DNA from: Schaalia odontolytica
Lineage (GTDB): Bacteria > Actinomycetota > Actinomycetes > Actinomycetales > Actinomycetaceae
Length of the DNA: 32,000 nt
Assembly (NCBI RefSeq): GCF_005696695.1
Contig: NZ_CP040006.1
Location: 270,001 to 302,000, forward strand
Direction of reading: 5' to 3'
Made by a program: the position numbers and the translations under genes. The notes under the pieces are model-generated. The model saw only the letters and a program-made list of their open reading frames with translations. It was not told where the DNA came from and did not search any database. Below, piece after piece: positions 1 to 7,823 of this stretch. The number at the start of each line of letters is the position of its first letter. Positions within the stretch are counted from its first letter, which is position 1.

Positions 1-2112
1 TCGGCGGGCCAGGCCTTCGGCGCGCGCGTCTCCTCCGTGGATGGCCACTCGATCGCGACCGGCTCCGACTTTTCCGAGAAGGGCGAGCTGAGCGCGAAGG
101 CGGCCAAGGCCGGCGTCCTCCACCTGGACGAGGCCACGGCCCGCGCCTACGCGCAGGCTCTGTCGGATGCCCCGGCCTCGGTCATCGACTCGGTGACCCG
201 CAAGCCCTACCGTCGCCGCCCGGCAGCCCCCTTCACGACGTCGACCCTCCAGCAGGAGGCGTCGCGCAAGCTGCACTGGAACGCGTCCTCGACGATGCGC
301 ACCGCCCAGTCCCTCTACGAGTCCGGTTACATCACCTACATGCGTACCGACTCCACGGCGCTGTCCAGCCAGGCGATCCACGCCGCCCGCGAGCAGGCCA
401 CCCAGCTCTACGGGGCCGAGGCTGTGGCCGAGTCCCCGCGCCTGTACGGCACCACGTCCAAGGGCGCCCAGGAGGCGCACGAGGCGATCCGTCCTGCGGG
501 TGATCACTTCCGCACGCCGGGCGAGGTGGCCGGTTCTCTGTCGAAGCAGCAGCTGGCGCTGTACGACCTGATCTGGAAGCGCACGGTTGCCTCGCAGATG
601 GCCGACGCTCTCGGCTACACGGCGACGATCCGCGTGCTCACCGGCATCGAGGTTGACGGTAAGCGCCACGACGTGCTGTCCTCGGCCTCGGGCACGGTCA
701 TCACCTCCCCGGGCTTCCGCCTGGCCTACCAGGAGGGCCGCGACCAGGGGCGTTACGACGCGGAAAAGAACGACGCGGAGAAGACCCTCCCGGACGTCGC
801 TGAGGGTGATCCCGCGACGCTGACCGAGGCCACCCCCGACGGCCACGAGACCCAGCCCCCGGGCCGCTACACGGAGGCCACGCTGGTCAAGACCATGGAG
901 GAGCTCGGTATCGGCCGTCCCTCCACCTACGCGGCCACCATCCAGACGATCGGTGACCGCGGGTACGTGACGCACCGCGGCCAGTACCTGGTGCCCACGT
1001 GGCTGGCGTTCTCCGTGACGCGCCTGCTCGAGGAGAACCTGGCGAACCTGGTCGACTACGACTTCACGGCCTCGATGGAGGGCGACCTGGACCGTATCGC
1101 CGCGGGCGAGGAGAACGGCACGGAGTTCCTGACCGGCTTCTTCTTCGGCCCCGACGGCACGGGTGAGAACGGCGGTCTGCGCCACGACGTCGCCTCCCTG
1201 GGCGATGACATCGACGCGCGCGCCGTCAACTCGATCGACCTGGGCCGCGGCGTGACGCTGCGCGTGGGTCGCTACGGCCCCTACATGGAAAAGGCCGACG
1301 GGACGCGCGCGAACGTGCCACCGGAGGTCGCTCCCGACGAGCTGACGGATGAGCTGATCGACCAGCTCTTCTCCCGCGCCGCCGACGATGGCCGTGAGCT
1401 GGGCGTCGACCCCGCGACCGGTCACACGATCATCGTCAAGGATGGCCGCTACGGCCCCTACGTCACCGAGGTCCTGCCCGAGGAGACTGAGGGCGCCGAG
1501 GAAGGCGCGAAGAAGACGAAGAAGGCTGCCGCCAAGCCTCGCACCGCCTCGCTGTTCAAGACCATGGACATCGCGACCGTCACCCTCGAGGACGCCCTGG
1601 CGCTGCTGTCCCTGCCGCGCGAGGTAGGCACGGACCCGGCCTCGGGCGAGGTCATCACGGCGCAGAACGGCCGCTACGGCCCCTACCTGAAGAAGGGCAC
1701 GGACTCGCGCACGCTGGCCTCCGAGGACCAGCTGCTGACCATCACCCTGGACGAGGCCCTGGCCATCTACGCCCAGCCCAAGACGCGCGGCCGCGGCACG
1801 GCCCGCCCGCCGCTGCGCGAGTTCGGCGAGGACCCGATCTCGGGCAAGAAGGTCACCGTCAAGGACGGCCGCTTCGGCCCCTACGTGACGGATGGCGAGA
1901 CCAACGTGACGGTGCCGCGCGCCGAGACGGTGGAGGACCTGACGGCCGAGCGCGCCTACGAGCTGTTGGCAGATAAGCGCGCCAAGGGCCCCGCCCCCAA
2001 GCGCACGCGCAAGACGGCCGCGAAGAAGACGACGACCAAGAAGACGAGCGCGAAGAAGACCACCGCGAAGAAGACGGCCACCAAGAAGGCCGCGACGAAG
2101 AAGGACAGCTGA
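1..2112 (+). CDS. topA: DNA topoisomerase I (type IA), 5'-truncated by the window edge
   Basis: Frame 1 is open from nt 1, so the listed start at 37 is only the first in-frame GTG. Peptide has the type IA active-site region SGYITYMRTDS, TSTLQQEASRKL, repeated C-terminal GRYGPY modules and a Lys-rich tail (KKTTTKKTSAKKTTAKK) typical of actinobacterial TopA. Stop TGA at 2110-2112. Confidence 0.93.
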   Translation, partial: SAGQAFGARVSSVDGHSIATGSDFSEKGELSAKAAKAGVLHLDEATARAYAQALSDAPASVIDSVTRKPYRRRPAAPFTTSTLQQEASRKLHWNASSTMRTAQSLYESGYITYMRTDSTALSSQAIHAAREQATQLYGAEAVAESPRLYGTTSKGAQEAHEAIRPAGDHFRTPGEVAGSLSKQQLALYDLIWKRTVASQMADALGYTATIRVLTGIEVDGKRHDVLSSASGTVITSPGFRLAYQEGRDQGRYDAEKNDAEKTLPDVAEGDPATLTEATPDGHETQPPGRYTEATLVKTMEELGIGRPSTYAATIQTIGDRGYVTHRGQYLVPTWLAFSVTRLLEENLANLVDYDFTASMEGDLDRIAAGEENGTEFLTGFFFGPDGTGENGGLRHDVASLGDDIDARAVNSIDLGRGVTLRVGRYGPYMEKADGTRANVPPEVAPDELTDELIDQLFSRAADDGRELGVDPATGHTIIVKDGRYGPYVTEVLPEETEGAEEGAKKTKKAAAKPRTASLFKTMDIATVTLEDALALLSLPREVGTDPASGEVITAQNGRYGPYLKKGTDSRTLASEDQLLTITLDEALAIYAQPKTRGRGTARPPLREFGEDPISGKKVTVKDGRFGPYVTDGETNVTVPRAETVEDLTAERAYELLADKRAKGPAPKRTRKTAAKKTTTKKTSAKKTTAKKTATKKAATKKDS

Positions 2113-2921
2113 TGGCAGCGCGAGGAGTGTTCATCACCTTCGAAGGCGGCGACGGCTCGGGGAAGTCCACGCAGATCCAGTCGGTGCGCGACTGGTTCGA
2201 GAGCCGTGGCCGCGAGGTCATCGTCACCCGCGAGCCGGGCGGCACCGAGCTGGGCACGGAGATCCGTCGCCTCGTGCAAAACGGCCCCGAGGACGTCGAC
2301 GCGCGCACGGAGGCACTCCTGTACGCGGCCGACCGCGCCTACCACGTCGCCACGGTCATCGCCCCCGCCCTCGAGCGCGGCGCGGTCGTGCTGGGGGACC
2401 GCTACATCGATTCCTCTCTGGCGTACCAGGGTGCGGCCCGCTCCCTCGGTGTGGACGAGATCGCCTCGCTGTCCGCGTGGGCGACCCGCGGCCTCTACCC
2501 TTCGCTGACGTTCCTCCTGGACCTGCCCCCGGAGGTCGGTGCGCGCCGCCGCACCGACGCCCCGGACCGCATGGAGCGCGAGTCCATGGACTTCCACGAG
2601 CGCGTGCGCCACGAGTACCTGCGCCTCGCGGACGCCGAGCCCGACCGCATCGTCGTCATCGACGCGGTGGGCACGGTCGACGAGGTCTTCTCCGAGATCC
2701 GCGGCGTCCTCGTCGAGCGCTTCGAGGGCGGCTCCGTCACGATCGACGAGGCCTCCGACTCCGTTTCCGCGCCGGCTAAGGAGACCCCGGCCTCGTCCTC
2801 TGAGGTTCCCGAGGCCCCCGAGAAGCCGCGCGACAAGAGCGCGGACAAGGGCAGCGCCCGCAAGCCCGCCACCATGGTGGGAGCCCTGGGCGAATCCCAG
2901 GGCGCGCTCTGGGATGAATGA
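2112..2921 (+). CDS. tmk: thymidylate kinase with an acidic/Ser-Pro-rich C-terminal extension of about 60 aa
   Basis: P-loop FEGGDGSGKST, the DRY-containing LGDRYIDSSLAYQG, and the lid region RRRTDAPDRME. The ATG at 2112 shares its A with the topA TGA (TGATG). Confidence 0.92.
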   Translation: MAARGVFITFEGGDGSGKSTQIQSVRDWFESRGREVIVTREPGGTELGTEIRRLVQNGPEDVDARTEALLYAADRAYHVATVIAPALERGAVVLGDRYIDSSLAYQGAARSLGVDEIASLSAWATRGLYPSLTFLLDLPPEVGARRRTDAPDRMERESMDFHERVRHEYLRLADAEPDRIVVIDAVGTVDEVFSEIRGVLVERFEGGSVTIDEASDSVSAPAKETPASSSEVPEAPEKPRDKSADKGSARKPATMVGALGESQGALWDE

Positions 2922-4111
2922 TGAGCGTCTGGTCCTCGCTCGTCGGACAGGACGCGGCGGTCGCTAAGCTCAGCGAGGCCGCGGCGTCCGCCCGCGCGAT
3001 CGTCGCCTCCCGAGGCGGCGCACGGGCCTCCGACGACGCGCGTTCCATGAGCCACGCCTGGCTCATCACCGGCCCTCCCGGGTCTGGTCGTTCCGTCGCA
3101 GCGCGCGCCTTCGCGGCCGCCCTGCAGTGTACGGGTGAGACCGTGGGGTGTGGCCAGTGCGCGGGATGCCGCACGACGATGGGCCGCACGAACGCCGACG
3201 TCGTTTTTGCGGCCACCGAGACCTCGATCATTAACGTGGAGACCGCGCGTTCCCTCGTGCTGCAGGCGCAGTCCTCGCCCTCCCAGGGGCTGTGGCGCGT
3301 CATCGTCGTCGAGGACGCGGACCGCCTCGGCGAGTCCGGCGCGAACGCCCTGCTCAAGGCCATCGAGGAGCCGCCCGAGCACACCGTGTGGCTGCTGTGC
3401 GCCCCCAGCCCCGAGGACATGATCGCCACGATCCGCTCGCGCTGCCGCCACCTCGGCCTGCGTATCCCCACAGCCAGTGCGGTCGCCGACCTGCTCGTGC
3501 GCGAGGGCGTGGCCACCCCCGATGTTGCCCTGGAGGCCGCGCGCGCCGCCCAGTCGCACATCGGCCTGGCCCGAGCGCTCGCCCGCGACCCCCAGATGCG
3601 CGAACGCCGCCGAGCCATCATCACCGCGCCCGCCTCCGTGCGCAGCGTCGGTGAGGCCGTCATGGCCGCCGACCGCCTCCTTGAGACCGCGAAAGCCCAA
3701 GCCGACGCGCAGGTCAGCGAACGAAACGCCCGCGAAAAGGCCGAACTGATGCGCCAGCTCGGCATGGACGAGGGTGAGAGCGCCACCAAGGCCTCGCGCA
3801 CGATGATCCGCCAGCTCGAGGAGGACCAAAAGCGCCGCTCCAAGCGTGCCCTCACCGACGCGATCGACCGCGCCCTCATCGACCTGCTCGCGATCTACCG
3901 AGACGTTCTCATGGTCCAGGTGGGCGGGAACGGCGAACTCATCAACACGGACCTGTCCGACCTCGTGCACCAGATTGCCCAGGACTCCACGCCTCGTCAG
4001 ACCCTCGCGCGCGTCGATCACATCGAGACCGCGCGCAAACGCCTCGTGTCAAACGGCAACCCCCTGCTGGTCCTGGAAGACATGGCGATTTCGCTGCGCC
4101 CCCAAGCCTGA
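2918..4111 (+). CDS. holB: DNA polymerase III subunit delta'
   Basis: AAA+ clamp-loader motifs: HAWLITGPPGSGRS (Walker A), Zn module CGQCAGC, VVEDADRL (Walker B-like) and SRCRHL (sensor). ATGA overlap with the tmk stop. Confidence 0.88.
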   Translation: MMSVWSSLVGQDAAVAKLSEAAASARAIVASRGGARASDDARSMSHAWLITGPPGSGRSVAARAFAAALQCTGETVGCGQCAGCRTTMGRTNADVVFAATETSIINVETARSLVLQAQSSPSQGLWRVIVVEDADRLGESGANALLKAIEEPPEHTVWLLCAPSPEDMIATIRSRCRHLGLRIPTASAVADLLVREGVATPDVALEAARAAQSHIGLARALARDPQMRERRRAIITAPASVRSVGEAVMAADRLLETAKAQADAQVSERNAREKAELMRQLGMDEGESATKASRTMIRQLEEDQKRRSKRALTDAIDRALIDLLAIYRDVLMVQVGGNGELINTDLSDLVHQIAQDSTPRQTLARVDHIETARKRLVSNGNPLLVLEDMAISLRPQA

Positions 4112-4134
4112 AAACTGACCCGGCGTTTCTCCGT

Positions 4135-4140
4135 TACAAT
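4135..4140 (+). promoter_or_regulatory. -10-like hexamer TACAAT, 7 nt before the ATG at 4148 (candidate leaderless promoter)
   Basis: Sequence is gtTACAATcggggccATG. There is no Shine-Dalgarno between the hexamer and the start. Confidence 0.4.
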
Positions 4141-4147
4141 CGGGGCC

Positions 4148-5764
4148 ATGAAGACACGCTCCATTGCGGCCTGCGCCGTCGCAATCCTCGCCGTCGTCGC
4201 GATCGTCCTGACCGTCGTCGGCTACTACGGAACCCAACGCAGGGGACCAGCCCCCTCGACGACGGCCTCGGCCACGTCCGCGCCGATCCCCGTGTCCGCG
4301 GGCTCCGTGCAGGCCTACTATGATCAGGCGATCGAGTGGGGCGTGTGCGCCGACGGTACCTTCGACACGTTCCAGGGCGTGAACTCCTCGGATGCCAGCG
4401 AGTACCAGTGCGCCTTCCTGAAGGCCCCGCTGGACTGGGAGAACCCCGACGGAGACCAGATCACGCTCGCGCTCGCGATCCACCGCTCCGGCGCGAAGGA
4501 AGCTCCCGCACTGTTCATCAACCCGGGTGGCCCCGGCGGCGCCGTCGTCTCCTCCCTGCCGTACTACGCGACGCAGGGAATCGGCGAGGCCGTAGTCAAC
4601 GCCTACGACATCGTGGCCCTCGATCCGCGTGGCGTCGGCGACTCGACCCCCGTGTTCTGCACGACCGACGCCGAGCGCGACGAGCGCAACGCCGGAGAGG
4701 ACGAGGACGTCGATACCGGCGACGAGTCCCCGCAGTCCGCGGTCGCCTCTGCCCATGAGGACGCCCAAGAGGTCGCCGCGGGGTGCCGCGAACACTCTGG
4801 CAGCCTGTACGAGCACATCGACACCGTGAGCGCTGCCCGCGACTTCGACATGGTGCGCGCCGTCCTCGGCCAGGAAAAGCTCAACCTCCTCGGATACTCC
4901 TACGGCACCTTCCTCGGCGCCACCTACGCGGGCCTCTTCCCTGAGCGCGTCGGTCGCTTCGTGCTTGATGGTGCCCTCGACCCGACCCTCAGCGTCAACG
5001 AGGTCTCCGCCCTCCAGATGCGAGGCCTCGACGCCTCGCTCCAGCACTGGATCTCCGACTGCACCACCCAGGCCACCTGCCCGATGGGACGCAACCTCCA
5101 GGAAGGCATCGAGACCGTGCGCTCGTTCCTCGACTCCCTCGAGGATAACCCGATGCGCACGAACGACCCGAACCGTCCGCTCACCGAAAACCTGGCCGTC
5201 ACCGCGCTCACCGGCGCCATGTACAACACCCAGTGGTGGCCCCAGCTCACCCAGGCCTTCGGCATGGCCTGGCAGAAGAGCGACGGCAGCGGCCTGCTCG
5301 CCATCGCTGACACGCTGAACTCGCGCAACCCCGACGGCACCTACCAGGACAATTCCTTCGACGCGATCAACGCGATCAACAACCTCGACTACTCGCCCGA
5401 AGGCACCATCGAGGAGTGGGCCGCCCAGGTGGAGACACTCAAGAACGAACTGCCGATCCTCGGCAAGTACGTGGGCTACCCGTCGGCCGGCCTCGAGGCG
5501 TGGCCCACGAAGCACGCGCCCCGCTCGCGCATCACCGCGCAGGGAGCCGCTCCCATTGTCGTCATCGGCACGACCCACGACCCGGCGACCCCCTACTCGA
5601 TGGCTCAGGGCCTGTCGGGCCAGCTCGCCAGTGGTGTCCTCGTCACCGTCGAAGGCTGGAACCACACCGCCTACCGCCGCGGCGCCAACCAGTGCGTCAC
5701 GCGCGCCGTCGAAGACTACTTCGTGAAGGGAACCGTGCCCGCCGACGGCCTCATGTGCCAGTAG
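4148..5764 (+). CDS. secreted/membrane-anchored alpha/beta hydrolase (tripeptidyl-aminopeptidase / TAP-like family)
   Basis: N-terminal hydrophobic segment IAACAVAILAVVAIVLTVVG and nucleophile elbow GYSYGT. The length and the C-terminal region (TTHDPATPY ... GWNHT) are typical of actinobacterial TAP-like proline/tripeptidyl peptidases. Confidence 0.85.
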   Translation: MKTRSIAACAVAILAVVAIVLTVVGYYGTQRRGPAPSTTASATSAPIPVSAGSVQAYYDQAIEWGVCADGTFDTFQGVNSSDASEYQCAFLKAPLDWENPDGDQITLALAIHRSGAKEAPALFINPGGPGGAVVSSLPYYATQGIGEAVVNAYDIVALDPRGVGDSTPVFCTTDAERDERNAGEDEDVDTGDESPQSAVASAHEDAQEVAAGCREHSGSLYEHIDTVSAARDFDMVRAVLGQEKLNLLGYSYGTFLGATYAGLFPERVGRFVLDGALDPTLSVNEVSALQMRGLDASLQHWISDCTTQATCPMGRNLQEGIETVRSFLDSLEDNPMRTNDPNRPLTENLAVTALTGAMYNTQWWPQLTQAFGMAWQKSDGSGLLAIADTLNSRNPDGTYQDNSFDAINAINNLDYSPEGTIEEWAAQVETLKNELPILGKYVGYPSAGLEAWPTKHAPRSRITAQGAAPIVVIGTTHDPATPYSMAQGLSGQLASGVLVTVEGWNHTAYRRGANQCVTRAVEDYFVKGTVPADGLMCQ

Positions 5765-5827
5765 GGACGTGACTCACGACATCCTGCTGTGGGGTGTCCT
5801 GGTTTGCGCTCGGCGCGATTCGTCCAG

Positions 5828-5833
5828 TAGAGT
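5828..5833 (+). promoter_or_regulatory. possible -10 (TAGAGT) for tRNA-Thr
   Basis: A TANNNT hexamer lies about 46 nt upstream of the mature tRNA 5' end. No clear -35. Confidence 0.25.
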
Positions 5834-5879
5834 TGTGCCGTTGCCTGCACGCCCCGGAAACGGTGGAACGGCGGGCGCG

Positions 5880-5952
5880 GCCGCCTTAGCTCAGTCGGCA
5901 GAGCGATTCACTCGTAATGAATAGGTCGTGGGTTCGATTCCCACAGGCGGCT
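5880..5952 (+). tRNA. tRNA-Thr (anticodon CGT, reads ACG)
   Basis: Hand-folded cloverleaf. Acceptor GCCGCCT/AGGCGGC, D arm GCTC-AGTCGGCA-GAGC, anticodon arm ATTCA-CTCGTAA-TGAAT, variable loop AGGTC, T arm GTGGG-TTCGATT-CCCAC, discriminator T. CCA is not encoded. Confidence 0.95.
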
Positions 5953-5957
5953 CAGAT

Positions 5958-5988
5958 ACGCCCACCCGGTTTCGGGTGGGCGTTTTTG
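5958..5988 (+). terminator. intrinsic terminator after tRNA-Thr
   Basis: Perfect hairpin ACGCCCACCCG-GTTT-CGGGTGGGCGT followed by TTTTT. Confidence 0.7.
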
Positions 5989-6039
5989 TATGGCCTCGTG
6001 GTGCGTGGTGCTTGGTGCCCCACGGGTGTTCCGGGCGCC

Positions 6040-6850
6040 GGAGGGCCCGGCCGCCCGCGAGGCTAGGCGGCCTCACTTCGTTCGGCGCCGCGCCTCGAAG
6101 CCCGCCCGTGCCCTCCGGTCCCTCCGGCGCCCTCCACACCTGTGGTGCCTGGTTGCTGACGTGTAGTTTGGCGCGTCGTCTCGAAGCCCGGCCAGGCCCC
6201 GCCGCCGCCCACGGACGCCGCAGCCAGGTCCACCAATCCCTCCGGCGCCCTCCACACCAGTGGCGCTTGGTTGCTGATGTGTGGCTTGGCGCGTCGTCTC
6301 GAAGCCCGGCCAGGCCCCGCCGCCCACGGGCACCGCTGCCAGGCCCTGTCGGCCAGGCGGCCTGGCTGTCTGAAACCGCCGTCACCTTTGCGGGTGCTGG
6401 TCGAGCCTCAGCTGAAACCGGTGTCGCCTTTGCGGGTGAGCAACGGGCGTTTTTGGTGCGTTTTTCGGTTGCAGTGGTGTCATCGGTTTCAACGGTTGCT
6501 ATTCAGGGGCGCGCAGTGGTGATGGTGGTTTCATCGTCGCCACGTCACAGCTGCCCGTGCGTGAAAAAGTTCGCCCTGCTTGGTCTGATGCTGGGCGTGA
6601 GCGCGACAAAGTTCGCCCAGCGCGCTCAAAATGGCCCAAATTCGGCGTTTTGTGGCGTGCTGGGCGAGTTTTTCGCGGAAATGCCAGTGGAGGGGCGGTG
6701 TTGGGCGAACTTTGTTACTGCGTGGGCCTGGCAGCTGGGCCCCACTACTGGCAGCGTTAACCCTTCAATGCGCAGCTAAACCTCATAGGTGGCGTGGTGG
6801 GCGGCCTGCCCACGCAGCCACCTATCGGGTTAACGTGCGCGTGAGAGGGG
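6040..6850 (+). repeat. composite non-coding intergenic repeat element, copy A
   Basis: Colinear with 29660-30615. Shared blocks: TCGAAGCCCGGCCAGGCCCCGCCGCC...CTCCGGCGCCCTCCACACC; 27-bp CTGAAACCG..TCGCCTTTGCGGGTG (6370-6396, 6412-6438); TTTTTCGGTTGCAnTGGTGT..GGTTTCAA..TTCAGGGGCG..TGGTGATGGTGGTTTCA; the 16-bp GTGAAAAAGTTCGCCC family; terminal GGGTTAACGTGCGCG (6827-6841). Boundaries are approximate. Confidence 0.8.
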
Positions 6851-7060
6851 TTTGGTGAAGCTTCAGTTGCATATCGGCGCGTTGCGCCGTCGTGCTCCTG
6901 TAGGTCTCCGGCCCAAATGCCGGCCCCCAACCGCATGAGGCAACCGTGGCCTCGGGCAAGATTGGTTAGGCGAACCTGGCCTGAAAAATGAAAGCGTCAA
7001 TGATCTTAAAACGCTGAAATCCGAGGATTATTCCCTCGTCGCTAACGGATAGTGAAACAT

Positions 7061-7088
7061 TTGACTAAACGGTGGATAGCACTAGAAA
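7061..7088 (+). promoter_or_regulatory. candidate sigma-A type promoter for dps (TTGACT, 16 nt, TAGAAA)
   Basis: -35 TTGACT at 7061-7066, 16-nt spacer, -10 TAGAAA(T) at 7083-7088, in a locally AT-richer 300-nt leader. The implied 5' UTR is about 90 nt. Confidence 0.4.
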
Positions 7089-7182
7089 TCCTGGGACCAA
7101 AGGGCCAAGATGGATGTGTCTGAAGGGCATGGCCCCACAAGGGTGAGCCCCGTACCGAATACACATGCATAGGAGAAACAAC

Positions 7183-7653
7183 ATGACCGTTGAGTCCACC
7201 GGCTTCAAGGCTTCCGACGTTCTCGCAGGCAACCTGCAGAAGGTCCTCACCGACGTGACCGCTCTGTCCCTCGTGGGCAAGCAGCTGCACTGGAACATCA
7301 CCGGCGAGGGCTTCCGCTCGCTGCACCTCTACCTCGACGCGGTCGTGGACATCGCCCGCGAGGCCTCCGACGAGATCGCCGAGCGCATGCGCGCCCTCCA
7401 GGTCGTCCCCAACGGCCTGCCCGAGGTCGTCGCCCAGCGCAATACCCTGCCGACCGTCCCCGAGACGATCATCAAGACCACTGACGCCGAGGAGCTCGCC
7501 GTCGCCGCCATCAACGCGACCGTCGGCACCATGCGCGACGTGCACGAGAAGGTCGACGCCGAGGATTCCGCCTCCGCCGACATCCTCAACGACTACATCC
7601 GTCGCTTCGAGCAGCAGGCGTGGTTCATCCGTTCTCAGAACGGCCAGGCCTGA
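7183..7653 (+). CDS. dps: Dps family DNA starvation/stationary-phase protection protein (mini-ferritin)
   Basis: Ferroxidase-region motif LHWNITGEGFRSLHLYLD. The ATG at 7183 is preferred over 7165 because AGGAGA (7171-7176) lies 6 nt upstream. Confidence 0.92.
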   Translation: MTVESTGFKASDVLAGNLQKVLTDVTALSLVGKQLHWNITGEGFRSLHLYLDAVVDIAREASDEIAERMRALQVVPNGLPEVVAQRNTLPTVPETIIKTTDAEELAVAAINATVGTMRDVHEKVDAEDSASADILNDYIRRFEQQAWFIRSQNGQA

Positions 7654-7707
7654 GCCTGACTCCTCCGTGAGGAGGGAGCGAGCCGCGTAGGCTCGCATCA
7701 ACAACGT

Positions 7708-7747
7708 GGGGTGCCTCGCCTGTCACAGGCGGGGCACCCTTGTATGT
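7708..7747 (+). terminator. probable terminator after dps
   Basis: GGGTGCCTCGCCTG-TCA-CAGGCGGGGCACCC (14-bp stem with one G-U pair) followed by TTGTATGT. The T-tract is weak. Confidence 0.5.
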
Positions 7748-7811
7748 ACGAGCAGTGCGAACGCGCCCCGGGAGGTGACACCGCGTCAGCGACACCGGGG
7801 AGAGCGAACAT

Positions 7812-7817
7812 TAGGCT
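7812..7817 (+). promoter_or_regulatory. -10-like hexamer TAGGCT, 6 nt before the GTG at 7824 (candidate leaderless promoter)
   Basis: Sequence is atTAGGCTggtggcGTG. No Shine-Dalgarno at a usable distance. Confidence 0.4.
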
Positions 7818-7823
7818 GGTGGC

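Noticed and set aside
2495-5665. Very long minus-strand ORFs (2495-4021, 508 aa; 2776-3879; 4049-5665, 538 aa) antisense to tmk/holB and the hydrolase gene
   Set aside because: These are typical stop-poor antisense frames of high-GC coding DNA. The peptides are Arg/Gly/Ala/Asp-rich low complexity with no motifs, while the plus-strand genes have clear family signatures. The same applies to 8878-10026 (-), 13365-14402 (+), 17726-19237 (-), 22556-23608 (+), 26463-28082 (-), 27773-28816 (-) and 28835-30283 (-).
5928-6779. 283-aa plus-strand ORF (with overlapping minus-strand ORFs) running from inside tRNA-Thr through repeat copy A
   Set aside because: It starts inside the tRNA and runs through tandem and inverted non-coding repeats. 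It has no SD or start context and an Arg/Pro/Gly-rich composition. The homologous copy B is not maintained in the same reading frame.
6040-6850. CRISPR array
   Set aside because: The repeats differ in length, are imperfect, occur in both orientations and lack regular repeat-spacer periodicity. There are no cas genes in the window.
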